DNA of 64,000 bases. Origin: Micavibrio sp. (GTDB lineage: Bacteria; Patescibacteriota; Minisyncoccia; Moranbacterales; GCA-2747515). The DNA lies in contig DYDB01000006.1 of NCBI GenBank assembly GCA_020718085.1, positions 8,510 through 72,509 of the forward strand, in the 5' to 3' direction. A model generated the notes under the pieces. That model saw nothing but the letters and a program-made list of their open reading frames with translations, had not been told where the DNA came from and ran no database searches. The position numbers and the translations under genes are program-made. Below, in pieces: positions 1 to 9,764 of this stretch; position 1 is the stretch's first letter, and each line of letters begins with the position of its first letter.

Positions 1-3000
1 TGGAATTCTGTGATGGCACAGATTGGGGCGCACTTGCAGCAGGAAGTGGAGGGGGAATTGATCAGCCGACGCTTTTGGAGGACTCATGGGTAAATACGAC
101 AGCAACTTTACCAACAACGCTATATCAATCTCAAACTGCAGTGATTGGTGATTATGTTTATCTTTTTGGAGGATATGGCGCTACTATAACGAATGCTATT
201 TATCGTGCCCCCATAACAAATCCAACTGCATGGGTCAACACAGGATCGGTGATCCCGAGCAATCTGTACAATTCTCAAATTGCAGTGATCGGTGATTATA
301 TCTATCTTTTTGGTGGACAAAATCCTTCTACGACCAATACTATTTTCCGGGCACCAATCTCAAATCCAACTGCATGGACAAACACGGGTGCGACATTACC
401 AGGCGCTTTGGACGGCTCTCAAGTTGCTGTCATCGGCAGCTACGTCTACCTCTTTGGTGGGTATAATGGGTCTGCATATACAAATGTCATCTATCGAGCC
501 CCTGTTTCCGATCCAACAGCGTGGGTGAATACAGGCAGTGTGCTCCCAAGCGCCTTGCGTGCCTCCCAAGTAGCAGTGATCGGCGACTACGTTTATCTTT
601 TCGGCGGACATAATGGTTCTGCTGTGGTTAGTACAATTTTCCGTGCACCAGTCTCCAATCCGACAGCATGGGTAAATACCAATGCTACACTCCCTGGAAT
701 AAATCATTGGGCGCAAGTGGCAATCATCGGCGACTATGTCTATCTCTTTGGCGGACATAATGGTGCAGCACTTAATTCCATTTTTCGTGCACCAGTCTCC
801 AGTCCGACATCATGGGTCAACACAACATCTGTTTTGCCGACGACAATGTATTATGCACAGCCGGTGACGATCATTGGCAACAATGTCTATCTCTTTGGTG
901 GTTATAATGCATCTGGTCCTACCAATCTCATCTACCGCGCAGAAATCAAATCAGACTACCCATCCCTCGCACAAAATCCAAGTTGGAAAACCAGATACTC
1001 CACAAACGGAAGTGGTTCCACCACATCCCTCAGTTCACTCTGGGATCTCGACAGTGATACAGGTATCCAAGTAGAAGAAAGTGCAGACGAAGACATGATC
1101 AGATTTGATACAAACGGTACAGAAAAAATGCGTATCGACTCACTCGGTAATCTCACACCATCCACAAACAACACAATCTCACTCGGTTCTTCCACAAACA
1201 GATGGAAAGACCTGTATCTAAACTCAAATTCTCTTCACATCGGCACAGACGGCAATGAAGTAACTTTAAGTTACAATGAGACCACACAAACTCTAGAAAC
1301 AAATCGTTCCATCAAAACACTGGGATCAATTCAATTAGGTGATGATGCATCAGCGTGCTCTATTACCAAAGAGGGTGCAATGAAATACAATAACTCTACG
1401 AAGGTCATGGAGTTCTGTGACGGCACGACATGGAGTGTGTTTGGCGGCGCAACAAGTAGTGGAGTAGAACAGCCAACATTGTTGGAGAGTTCTTTTGTGA
1501 GCGCAGGAACGACATTGCCGACTAATCTCGGCCAATCCCAAACTGCGGTCATCGGAGATTATATCTATCTCTTTGGTGGAAGAATTGCATCTGTATATAC
1601 AAATGTGATTTACCGTGCACCTGTTACGAATCCAACAGCATGGACAAATACTGGCGCGACACTTCCAGGAAATCTCGGAATTTCTCAAATAGCTGTCATC
1701 GGCGACTACGCCTATCTCTTTGGCGGGTACAACGGATCTGCTTTTACCAATGTGATCTACCGCGCTCCAATCACCAATCCACTTGCATGGACAAATACAG
1801 GGGCAACGATCCCAGGTAATTTGGCTTACTCTCAAATAGCTGTCATCGGCGACTACGCCTATCTCTTTGGCGGATATAATGGTTCTACTTATCTTAACGT
1901 GATCTATCGTGCACCTGTTACGAATCCAACAGCATGGACAAACACTGGCGCGACACTTCCAGGAAATCTCGGAACTTCTCAAATAGCTGTCATCGGCGAC
2001 TATGTCTATCTCTTTGGCGGGTACAACGGAACGGCTGTTACTAATGTTATTTATAAAGCGCCAATCTCAAATCCAACAGCATGGACAAACACTGGTTCAA
2101 CTCTTCCAATATCGGTACATGCACATGAAATGGCAGTTATTGGCAACTACATCTATCTCTATGGTGGTAACACGACAGCTGCAGTAAATACCATCTATCG
2201 CGCTTCAGTCAATAATCCAACCAACTGGACTGATACACGTGCAGTGCTTCCAGGTGTATTACACTATTCACAATCAGCGATCATCGGTAATTACATTTAT
2301 CTCTTTGGAGGCATCAATGCATCAGCTGATACAAATGTGATCTATCGCGCACAGATCAACAATAGCTACCCATCTCTCGCGCAAAATCCAGATTGGAAAA
2401 CCAGATATGCTACAAGCGGTAGTGGTAGTGAAAGCACGGTCTCCCTCACATCTCTGTGGGATGATAATGCAGATACAGGCATCCAAGTAGAAGAAAGTGC
2501 AGACGAGGATATGATCAGATTTGATACCAATGGCACTCAGCGTATGTTCATTAGTGAAATTGGTAATATCGGTATTGGCACAACTACACTGCCAACAACA
2601 GCAAAGCTCCAAATTACTAGCGCAGCAAGCAATGCATCAAACACACTGTTCACCACAAACGATTATGCACTCAACACTACGGGATCATCCCTCGCAATTG
2701 ATTTTGGTACAACCAGTGGTAACACCTACACACAACTCTCTGCAAAAAGCGCAGGTGGTTCAGCATGGAATAACCTCGTATTGCAAGGTGGTGGGGGAAA
2801 TGTGGGAATTGGAACAACGACACCATCAGCACTTCTCGACCTTCAGAAAGCAGGTACAGCAAAATCTAATCTCGATATTCTCGAACTCACCAACAGTGCC
2901 AATGCAGCAGATATGGACACAACACAAACATCGATCCTCTTCAATCAATATTACTATGATGCAACTACACCGGCAGTAGCAGACTCAGCACGTCTTACAG

Positions 3001-4334
3001 TTGGCGCAGAACAGGATTGGACATCTACCGCTACAACGCAGGATTCTTTCATGTCATTTGCTACTGCACTTGATGGGGCACTTAGTGAAAAGGTACGGAT
3101 TACGAGCGGGGGCAATATGGGGCTTGGAACGGGAACACCTGGGGCAACACTTGATATCGCAAGCCTAATAGGGTCCAATACTCCTGGTTTAAATCATAAG
3201 TTACGATTTTCATATGGAGGTACAGGCCTGTTTGGTTGGCGGGTAGATTCTGGTAATGCTACTTTAGTTTTGGATAGTTTCGATTATTCATCAGTGTGGA
3301 ATCCAACGATATCAGTTCTAAGAAATGTTGGTTATGTAGGTATTGGCACGGCATCACCCACCCAAAAACTAACCGTCTACAACGGATCCACAACAGGCAC
3401 CTACACCACAACAGGATGGGTCCACTCATCAGATGAAAGACTAAAAACCAACATCGCATCAATCGATGATCCACTACAAAAAGTCCTTCAACTCGATGAT
3501 GTCTATTTCAATTGGAAGGCAAATCCAAATAGCGACAGACAAATTGGGTTCATCGCACAAGATGTGCAAAAGATCATTCCGGAAGTTGTCGTAGGAAACG
3601 ACAAAGATGGCTATGGAATTTCTTATGGTAATATCACAGCACTTCTCGTGGGTGCAATGCAAGAACAAAACACACTCATCGAAACAAACACAAACGACCT
3701 TACCACAAAAGCCACAGCCACATCACTAGCAGACTTGCAAAATATGACAGATGCACAATTCACAGAAACATCTGAGATCCTGAAACAAGTTCAGGATGAC
3801 ACATTAGAACTCCAACAAGAAGCAAACACACAATCAAACATTCTCACACAAATTCAACTCGATCTCACAGAACTACAAGCAGGTATAGACATGCTCACAA
3901 CACTTGGCACAATAGATGCACTCAAGCTCAGTGAACTTCTCGCAATCGATCCAAACACACTTCTCATCGCAACAGAAGAAGGCGATCTCACAATTACAGG
4001 CATCATGACAACACAACAGATCATCACAGATGAAATTGAAACAAAAAAGTTCACGATCAATGATGATGTCACGACAAAAGACGAAAATGATGAAGAGATC
4101 AGCGCAGCATCTGTAGGCACAGCAACCATTCCCGCACATGAAACGGAAACAACTGTAGAAACAGCGGCAATTACAGATACTAGTAGGGTTTTTGTGACGG
4201 CGCGCGGAGATGAGGCTGTGGATGTTACGCTCACTGTTACAGATATAAAAGATGGTATGTGCACAGTGCGCATCCCTGAAGAAAAAGAGCAAGAAGTCAT
4301 CTTTGATTGGTTTGTGGTAAGTGGAAAGGAGTAG
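1..4334 (+). CDS. Giant surface/adhesin-like protein, 5'-partial (open frame continues to window start at pos 3). Two 6-bladed Kelch-like beta-propeller modules, linker modules, a beta-helix-like region, and a C-terminal peptidase S74 intramolecular-chaperone (tail-spike auto-chaperone) domain followed by a coiled-coil tail
   Basis: Frame 3 is open from position 3 and reads EFCDGTDW...QPTLLEDS, the same module that recurs internally (MEFCDGTTWSVFGGATSSGVEQPTLLESS). There are 12 repeats of the ~50-aa unit 'xNTGATLPxxLxxSQxAVIGDYxYLFGGYNGSxxTNVIYRAPxxNPTAW' (Kelch signature: GG doublet, Y, W). The linker module 'SYPSLAQNPxWKTRY...IQVEESADEDMIRFDTNGT' is duplicated. The C-terminal 'SSDERLKTNIASIDDPLQKVLQLDDVYFNWKANPNSDRQIGFIAQDVQKIIPEVV' matches the S74 chaperone consensus (DxRLKxNI ... 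GFIAQEV). Confidence 0.7.
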   Translation, partial: EFCDGTDWGALAAGSGGGIDQPTLLEDSWVNTTATLPTTLYQSQTAVIGDYVYLFGGYGATITNAIYRAPITNPTAWVNTGSVIPSNLYNSQIAVIGDYIYLFGGQNPSTTNTIFRAPISNPTAWTNTGATLPGALDGSQVAVIGSYVYLFGGYNGSAYTNVIYRAPVSDPTAWVNTGSVLPSALRASQVAVIGDYVYLFGGHNGSAVVSTIFRAPVSNPTAWVNTNATLPGINHWAQVAIIGDYVYLFGGHNGAALNSIFRAPVSSPTSWVNTTSVLPTTMYYAQPVTIIGNNVYLFGGYNASGPTNLIYRAEIKSDYPSLAQNPSWKTRYSTNGSGSTTSLSSLWDLDSDTGIQVEESADEDMIRFDTNGTEKMRIDSLGNLTPSTNNTISLGSSTNRWKDLYLNSNSLHIGTDGNEVTLSYNETTQTLETNRSIKTLGSIQLGDDASACSITKEGAMKYNNSTKVMEFCDGTTWSVFGGATSSGVEQPTLLESSFVSAGTTLPTNLGQSQTAVIGDYIYLFGGRIASVYTNVIYRAPVTNPTAWTNTGATLPGNLGISQIAVIGDYAYLFGGYNGSAFTNVIYRAPITNPLAWTNTGATIPGNLAYSQIAVIGDYAYLFGGYNGSTYLNVIYRAPVTNPTAWTNTGATLPGNLGTSQIAVIGDYVYLFGGYNGTAVTNVIYKAPISNPTAWTNTGSTLPISVHAHEMAVIGNYIYLYGGNTTAAVNTIYRASVNNPTNWTDTRAVLPGVLHYSQSAIIGNYIYLFGGINASADTNVIYRAQINNSYPSLAQNPDWKTRYATSGSGSESTVSLTSLWDDNADTGIQVEESADEDMIRFDTNGTQRMFISEIGNIGIGTTTLPTTAKLQITSAASNASNTLFTTNDYALNTTGSSLAIDFGTTSGNTYTQLSAKSAGGSAWNNLVLQGGGGNVGIGTTTPSALLDLQKAGTAKSNLDILELTNSANAADMDTTQTSILFNQYYYDATTPAVADSARLTVGAEQDWTSTATTQDSFMSFATALDGALSEKVRITSGGNMGLGTGTPGATLDIASLIGSNTPGLNHKLRFSYGGTGLFGWRVDSGNATLVLDSFDYSSVWNPTISVLRNVGYVGIGTASPTQKLTVYNGSTTGTYTTTGWVHSSDERLKTNIASIDDPLQKVLQLDDVYFNWKANPNSDRQIGFIAQDVQKIIPEVVVGNDKDGYGISYGNITALLVGAMQEQNTLIETNTNDLTTKATATSLADLQNMTDAQFTETSEILKQVQDDTLELQQEANTQSNILTQIQLDLTELQAGIDMLTTLGTIDALKLSELLAIDPNTLLIATEEGDLTITGIMTTQQIITDEIETKKFTINDDVTTKDENDEEISAASVGTATIPAHETETTVETAAITDTSRVFVTARGDEAVDVTLTVTDIKDGMCTVRIPEEKEQEVIFDWFVVSGKE

Positions 4335-4374
4335 TCATAGCTTCTGTAAAGCAAAGTTCAACATTCTGCTAGTA

Positions 4375-4410
4375 CCCTCACCCCAACCCTCTCCCAGAGG
4401 GAGAGGGGGC
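4375..4410. repeat. 36-nt hairpin-forming repeat, copy 1 (intergenic): ccctcaccccaaccctctcccagagggagagggggc. Perfect 9-bp stem ccctctccc/gggagaggg with a 3-nt loop
   Basis: 34/36 nt identical to a second copy at 34730..34765 (inside ileS). The palindrome was read directly from the sequence. Confidence 0.6.
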
Positions 4411-4604
4411 TAAAATAGGAGAACTTTTATATAGGGATCATACTAAATAGAAATGTAAAAATTAGGTCATTGCGAGTGAAATGTAATATAGCGAAGCAAT
4501 CTCCTAAAATTATCAATAATCTGTAATACAAAGAGACTACCAAGAATATTTTCGATGATCATCGAAAGTGTTCTTGCAATGACAATGTAGGGTCTTCCAG
4601 GAAA

Positions 4605-4631
4605 TTAGCACTCTCTTCAAGAGATTGCTAA
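4605..4631 (+). promoter_or_regulatory. CIRCE element (HrcA operator) upstream of dnaJ: TTAGCACTC-N9-GATTGCTAA
   Basis: Matches the CIRCE consensus TTAGCACTC-N9-GAGTGCTAA with 2 mismatches in the right arm. It lies 70 bp upstream of the dnaJ ATG, followed by an AT-rich -10-like region. Confidence 0.75.
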
Positions 4632-4700
4632 TTTTTATTTTACATGATAATATGTGTATTATATTGATCACAGATTACTCGTTACGTATTACGAAAAACT

Positions 4701-5783
4701 ATGTCAAAAAACTATTATGATATTCTTGGTGTGTCCAAAAGTGCTTCTGCAGCTGAAATTAAAAAGGCATATCGCACATTGGCACACAAACATCATCCCG
4801 ATAAAAATGGTGGGGATGAGGCAAAATTCAAAGAGGTAAATGAGGCATATCAAGTTTTGTCAAACAAAGAGAAGCGTGCGCAATATGATCAGTTCGGACA
4901 AACTTTCAACGGCACCAATGGCGGACAAAGCGGTTTTGGCGGATACGATTTTTCGCAGTTTCAACAAGGATTTGGCAGTCAAGGATTTGAATTTAATTTT
5001 GGAGGAGATGGCATGGGAGATATTTTTTCGGAAATGTTTGGCGGAGGGGGTCGTCGCAGTCGTCGTGGACGTGATGTGCAAGTGGATGTGGAGATCAGTT
5101 TTGCAGAAATGATCCATGGTGTGAAAAAGGAAATTACCATATTTAAATCTGTGCGGTGTGATCATTGTGATGGTAAGGGTGGTGAGCCGGGAAGTAATGC
5201 ACATACATGTGCCACTTGTCAGGGAAGCGGACATATGCAAAAACGCATGCAAACAATTCTTGGTACGATCGCGCAAACGGTCGTGTGTGATACATGTGGT
5301 GGAAGAGGAAAAACATTTGATAAAAAGTGTACAAAATGCAAAGGTGTGGGACACTATCGCGAAGAAGTGCGCGAAAGCATAGATATTCCCGCCGGCATTC
5401 ATGATGGACAGGCAATTGCGATATCTGGACGTGGTGAAGTTGGTGAAAGTGGTTCAATGGCAGGAGATCTTATTGTGTCAGTACATGTTGTACCGGATCA
5501 TCGATTTACACGAGATGGTAATGATATTCATACAAAAAAACACGTGTCTTTTTCGCAAGCTGCACTTGGAGATAAAGTAATGGTGGAAACGGTGGATGGT
5601 GAAGTAAAAATGAAAATCCCGGCAGGTACACAATCTGGAGAGATTTATCGCATGCGTGGGAAAGGTGTGCCAAAACTACAAAGCATCGGTCGCGGAGATC
5701 ATTTAGTGGAGATCATTGTGGATGTTCCGACAAAACTTTCTCGCGAAGCAAAAAAACTTATTGAACAGTTGCGCGAATTATAG
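4701..5783 (+). CDS. dnaJ: Molecular chaperone DnaJ (J domain, G/F-rich region, four CxxCxGxG zinc-finger repeats, C-terminal domain)
   Basis: [21 protein letters not shown]...HPDKN (HPD motif). A G/F linker is present. Four CxxCxGxG repeats: [32 protein letters not shown]. Confidence 0.95.
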   Translation: MSKNYYDILGVSKSASAAEIKKAYRTLAHKHHPDKNGGDEAKFKEVNEAYQVLSNKEKRAQYDQFGQTFNGTNGGQSGFGGYDFSQFQQGFGSQGFEFNFGGDGMGDIFSEMFGGGGRRSRRGRDVQVDVEISFAEMIHGVKKEITIFKSVRCDHCDGKGGEPGSNAHTCATCQGSGHMQKRMQTILGTIAQTVVCDTCGGRGKTFDKKCTKCKGVGHYREEVRESIDIPAGIHDGQAIAISGRGEVGESGSMAGDLIVSVHVVPDHRFTRDGNDIHTKKHVSFSQAALGDKVMVETVDGEVKMKIPAGTQSGEIYRMRGKGVPKLQSIGRGDHLVEIIVDVPTKLSREAKKLIEQLREL

Positions 5784-5792
5784 AACTTTTTC

Positions 5793-6431
5793 ATGGAAAA
5801 AGAGATAGAAGAAATCATACGTGTCTTGAGTGGTGGCGGTATCGGCGTGATGCCAACGGATACGATCTATGGCCTTGTGGCAGGTGCACATGATGTACAA
5901 GCTGTGGAAAAAGTATATCAACTAAAGGGTCGAGCACCACAGCGACCGTTTCTTGTGCTTGTTGCACATATTGCACAAATTGAAGAATTTGACATTGTAT
6001 TGAGCGAACAGCAGAAAAATATTCTCACAGGGATTTGGACTGCTGAAAGTGGATATTACGCAAAAGTAGTGGATTTACAATATGCTGTTGTTGAAAGAAG
6101 CAATCGTCCGATCAGCGTAGTGATTCCATGCATGAGCGATAAATATTCCTATATTCATCGAGGGCAAAACTCAATCGGTTTTCGTCTTGTTGCCCAGCAA
6201 AATGAGATCTGTCACAGCATGTATGTGCATGAGATTCTGAAAAAGACTGGACCGATCATTGCAACGAGTGCGAATATTTCTGGTCAACCTTTTGCAAGAA
6301 CAATTGAGCAGGCACGTATATATTTTGGGGACGCATGTGATTTTTATGTAAAAAAAGTTCATAGTTTACATGCACAGCCGTCAGTTGTGGCATCTCTCAA
6401 TGATGATGCGCTTACAATTGTGCGTGCATAA
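5793..6431 (+). CDS. tsaC: L-threonylcarbamoyladenylate synthase, TsaC/YrdC/Sua5 family
   Basis: The N-terminal 'GGIGVMPTDTIYGLVAGAHDVQAVEKVYQLKGRAPQRPFLVLV' is the typical YrdC fold signature. Length 212 aa. Confidence 0.7.
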   Translation: MEKEIEEIIRVLSGGGIGVMPTDTIYGLVAGAHDVQAVEKVYQLKGRAPQRPFLVLVAHIAQIEEFDIVLSEQQKNILTGIWTAESGYYAKVVDLQYAVVERSNRPISVVIPCMSDKYSYIHRGQNSIGFRLVAQQNEICHSMYVHEILKKTGPIIATSANISGQPFARTIEQARIYFGDACDFYVKKVHSLHAQPSVVASLNDDALTIVRA

Positions 6432-6509
6432 GTGAGTTGTATATGATAAAATATGATCATTCTGATGCTCTCAGGATCTATATTTTTGATAATCTATAAA
6501 AATAAAAGA

Positions 6510-7190
6510 ATGAAAAAAGGAATCCTAAATGTTTGCGTGTGTTTTTTAATGAGTATTTTTTTCTTTATAAATGTTGCACACGCCGCAACTGTGGCTGTGC
6601 CGAATGTAAAGATCAAAAAACAAAAAGACACATCGGTTACTTTGCAGGTGATATCAACAGATCTTGCAAAAAAGGATGTAAAGATCAAAGTGAAAATTGA
6701 AAATCAAGACAATGACACGTCGACGACTAAAACATTCGATGTAAAATTGAAAAAGACCGGAAAGGTGGATGTAAAAATTGACGGACTCACAAAGGATCAG
6801 GAGTATTCTTTTAAGGCTATGATCAAGAAATCATCCGGTGGCAGTTATTCTGCATATTCTGATGCCGTGTCTATCAATGAAAGTGGCAACGATTCATATA
6901 GTGCAAAAATTGGTACATCGGATATTTCATCAAGTTCGTTTGTACTTAAAATGACATCTGCAACACTCAAGAAAAAAGATGTAAAGATCAAGGTGCGGAT
7001 TGAGAATGAGGATACAGATAAGACTGAGACGCGCATCTTTAGTGCAAAGTTAGATAAGAAAGGCAGCACAAAGGTGACTATTGATGGACTCACTGGTGAT
7101 ACGGAGTATAAAGTAAAAGCTGCGATCAAAAAGAAAAAAGATAATACATACTCATCATTTTCCGGTGAGAGATCAATCACCACAGATTAA
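6510..7190 (+). CDS. Secreted protein with two tandem Fn3/Ig-like ~95-aa repeats, K-rich. The ORF could alternatively start at the upstream ATG at 6453
   Basis: The signal-peptide-like N-terminus MKKGILNVCVCFLMSIFFFINVAHA begins at 6510. An internal duplication is visible: 'KKDVKIKVKIENQDNDTSTTKTFDVKLKKTGKVDVKIDGLTKDQEYSFKAMIKK' vs 'KKDVKIKVRIENEDTDKTETRIFSAKLDKKGSTKVTIDGLTGDTEYKVKAAIKK'. Confidence 0.6.
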   Translation: MKKGILNVCVCFLMSIFFFINVAHAATVAVPNVKIKKQKDTSVTLQVISTDLAKKDVKIKVKIENQDNDTSTTKTFDVKLKKTGKVDVKIDGLTKDQEYSFKAMIKKSSGGSYSAYSDAVSINESGNDSYSAKIGTSDISSSSFVLKMTSATLKKKDVKIKVRIENEDTDKTETRIFSAKLDKKGSTKVTIDGLTGDTEYKVKAAIKKKKDNTYSSFSGERSITTD

Positions 7191-7210
7191 TAGAAAATTC
7201 ATAAATATAA

Positions 7211-7236
7211 AAAGAGAGTGTGAACTCTCTTTTTTA
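7211..7236 (+). terminator. Rho-independent terminator (stem aaagagag/ctctcttt, loop tgtgaa, then T-run)
   Basis: Hairpin followed by TTTTT directly after the 7190 stop. Confidence 0.6.
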
Positions 7237-7262
7237 ATATGTTAGACAACCTTCATTATTGC

Positions 7263-7291
7263 TTAAAAAACATTGACTTTTTTAGGTTTTT
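7263..7291 (+). promoter_or_regulatory. Sigma70-like promoter: TTGACT-17-TAAAAT
   Basis: TTGACT at 7263-7268, a 17-nt spacer, and TAAAAT at 7286-7291. It lies about 75 bp upstream of the histidine-kinase gene, which has an AGGAGG RBS. Confidence 0.45.
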
Positions 7292-7365
7292 AATGTAAAA
7301 TGCAAAATCTCAGTTTTTTTAACAATAAAAGAAATCTATAACAATGTGATATAGGAGGATATATC

Positions 7366-9447
7366 ATGAAAATATGCGGATTTACGGTAATTTTTTTGGT
7401 GTATGGTGGTGTACTTCTGACAATACATACATACACAGATCACAGATTTACAGGAATCATCTTTTTCGGTTCATTGATCATTTGTGGCATAATTTTTGGC
7501 TACATGTGTGAAAAAAAGACGCGTGATCAAAAAAAGTATGAGAGCATCATCACGCAACTGCAACAAAATGTTGTTTCATGTGAGCAAAGACAATCAGATC
7601 TCTACTTTTCACGTTCGCCATTGGCAGTGATCGAGTGGAATACGGATTTTGTTGTGCGGTCATGGAATAAAAAAGCAGAGGAAGTTTTCGGTTATACGGC
7701 AGAAGAAATGATCGGTCAACATGCATCAAGAATCATACCAATGCAATATCAGGATAGGGCAATGGATGTAATGCGCGCTATTCTCATACATGATGAGAGC
7801 CAACAAAACATCTTTAAAAATTTTACCAAGGATGGTGAGGAGATCTATTGCGAATGGTTTAATACGCCGATTACAGATGTACATGGACATGTAACGGTGT
7901 ATTCACTTGTTCAAGATATTACGCAAAAAAAGCGAGCAGAGATCGCTTTGCGAGAAAACAAGAACAAGCTTGATGATATCTTCAACGCATTACATGATAT
8001 GGTATATGTCATTGAACCCGACGGATTTATAAGTTACGCAAATCCAAAATCCTATGATCTACTGGGGATTCCTGTGGAAGAATACGGCACTGTGCATTTT
8101 TCTCAACTTCTTGATGAGGAGGAGCAAATAATTGCACGTAAGAGGATCGCATTTCTATTGACGGAAAATGGCAGGATGACCACACCGCAAGTTTACCATT
8201 TGAAAAAAAGAGGAAATGATGATCAGCGGCTACCCGTTGAGATCATCACTGTGCCATTTAAAGAGAATGGAGTAAGAAAAGTTCTGGGGGTGGCAAGATT
8301 AATTTCAGAACGTCTGGAACTGGATCATGAGCGAGCGCGTAGCCAACGTATGCAGTCAATTAGTATTTTGGCCGGCGGCGTAGCACATGATTTTAACAAC
8401 TTGCTCATGGCAATTAGTGGCAATGTATCTCTTATGATGCATAATGGAAAAGATTCTGCTGAAAAATACTGTGAGAAAATCCTTGTTGCTGTAGAACGTG
8501 CAACAGGACTCACGCAACAGTTAAGTGCACTTGCAAAAGGAGGTGTTTCCATAAAGCAAGTGGCATTTATTTCCGATGTTGTGCAACAGACAGCAATGAT
8601 CATTGGTGATAGCACACAAAGTCGTTTCAGATTTGACTTTGAAGAAAGCTTAAAGCCGTGCTTCATTGATCAAAAAAAGATCGGTCAGGTATTTCAAAAT
8701 CTTTTCATCAATGCGAGTCACGCGATGCCCGGTGGGGGAATTATTCACGTTACCGGGGAAAACATAGATCTCGAAGAAGATAATCAATTTCTTCTGAAGT
8801 CTGGTAGTTACGTGCATGTTTCTGTGCGAGATTCTGGAACAGGCATTGCGGAGAAGTATCTATCGCGCATCTTTGAACCATATTTCACGACAAAGAGTGC
8901 GGGAGAAGGAACGGGATTGGGATTATATGTTGTATATTCTATTGTTGTAGAGCATGGTGGGCATATTGGTGTAAAATCAAAAGCTGATAAAGGAACAACA
9001 TTCCATATATATTTACCAGCAACTGAACTTATTGTAGAAAAAGAGCAAACGCTCGTGGAGGAAAAATTGCAAGGGAAAAAACTATCCATTCTTGCTGTGG
9101 ATGATATGGAAATGAATAGGGAGTTGCTTGCAGAAATGTCTCGTGCAATTGGACATGCATGTGATGTTGCAGCTGATGGCAGAGAAGGGTTAACTCTTTA
9201 TAAGAAGGCAATGGAGGCCAAAAAACCTTATGATCTGGTAATTACAGACCTGACAATTCCCGGCGGTATGGGTGGCGCGGAGTTTATTGAAGAGCTGCGA
9301 AAAATTCGTGAGAGTGTTATTGTGATCGTATCTTCTGGGTATTCAGATCATATGCCGGAGAATGTCGCTGGTTCTTTGCCAAAACCATTCAGCTTTCAAG
9401 CCATGCAAAAAGTGATTTATCGTGCCATGCAGTCTGACGTGACATGA
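7366..9447 (+). CDS. Hybrid sensor histidine kinase: 2 N-terminal TM helices, two PAS domains, HisKA, HATPase_c and a C-terminal receiver domain
   Basis: H-box 'ILAGGVAHDFNNLLMAISGNV'. ATPase G-box 'SGTGIAEKYLSRIFEPYFTTKSAGEGTGLGL'. Receiver 'LSILAVDDMEMNRELL...YDLVITDLTIPGGMGG'. AGGAGG RBS 6 nt upstream. Confidence 0.9.
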   Translation: MKICGFTVIFLVYGGVLLTIHTYTDHRFTGIIFFGSLIICGIIFGYMCEKKTRDQKKYESIITQLQQNVVSCEQRQSDLYFSRSPLAVIEWNTDFVVRSWNKKAEEVFGYTAEEMIGQHASRIIPMQYQDRAMDVMRAILIHDESQQNIFKNFTKDGEEIYCEWFNTPITDVHGHVTVYSLVQDITQKKRAEIALRENKNKLDDIFNALHDMVYVIEPDGFISYANPKSYDLLGIPVEEYGTVHFSQLLDEEEQIIARKRIAFLLTENGRMTTPQVYHLKKRGNDDQRLPVEIITVPFKENGVRKVLGVARLISERLELDHERARSQRMQSISILAGGVAHDFNNLLMAISGNVSLMMHNGKDSAEKYCEKILVAVERATGLTQQLSALAKGGVSIKQVAFISDVVQQTAMIIGDSTQSRFRFDFEESLKPCFIDQKKIGQVFQNLFINASHAMPGGGIIHVTGENIDLEEDNQFLLKSGSYVHVSVRDSGTGIAEKYLSRIFEPYFTTKSAGEGTGLGLYVVYSIVVEHGGHIGVKSKADKGTTFHIYLPATELIVEKEQTLVEEKLQGKKLSILAVDDMEMNRELLAEMSRAIGHACDVAADGREGLTLYKKAMEAKKPYDLVITDLTIPGGMGGAEFIEELRKIRESVIVIVSSGYSDHMPENVAGSLPKPFSFQAMQKVIYRAMQSDVT

Positions 9448-9468
9448 TAAACTGAAAAATATCAGACG

Positions 9469-9505
9469 CGGACCATTTCTTTTTAAAGAGATGGTCCGTT
9501 TTTAT
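9469..9505 (+). terminator. Rho-independent terminator (cggaccat...atggtccg stem + TTTTTAT)
   Basis: Long hairpin 9469-9498 followed by a T-run, 20 bp after the histidine-kinase stop. Confidence 0.7.
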
Positions 9506-9764
9506 ATAAAAGTTTTTTCACTATAGGGAAATAATAAAGGTATGCAAAATGTGGTCTTCTTAAATTTTTTTATATACTCTCTAAGGATAGCGGAATATGC
9601 AGATTTCTTTTTTTACCAAACGGAAGTATCGCCCTGAGAGAGTTTGGAACTTTAAGGTATTTACAAAATGCAAAAAGTATGGTAGAAAAAAGAGCTGACA
9701 ATGGGATCAGTTAGATTAAGGCAGTTCTTGAACAATTACATAATACAACAGAGAGGTGTTGGCG

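Noticed and set aside
1-4334. Interpreting the first gene as a prophage tail fibre because of the S74 chaperone domain
   Set aside because: Flanking genes in the window are housekeeping (dnaJ, tsaC). There are no phage structural or integrase genes downstream. This cannot be excluded for the unseen upstream region.
120-4354. Numerous minus-strand ORFs (e.g. 120..320, 396..758, 1350..1982, 3854..4354) overlapping the giant repeat gene
   Set aside because: They are shadow ORFs produced by repetitive, low-stop-codon antisense of a strongly supported + strand CDS. They are Cys/Arg-rich nonsense translations.
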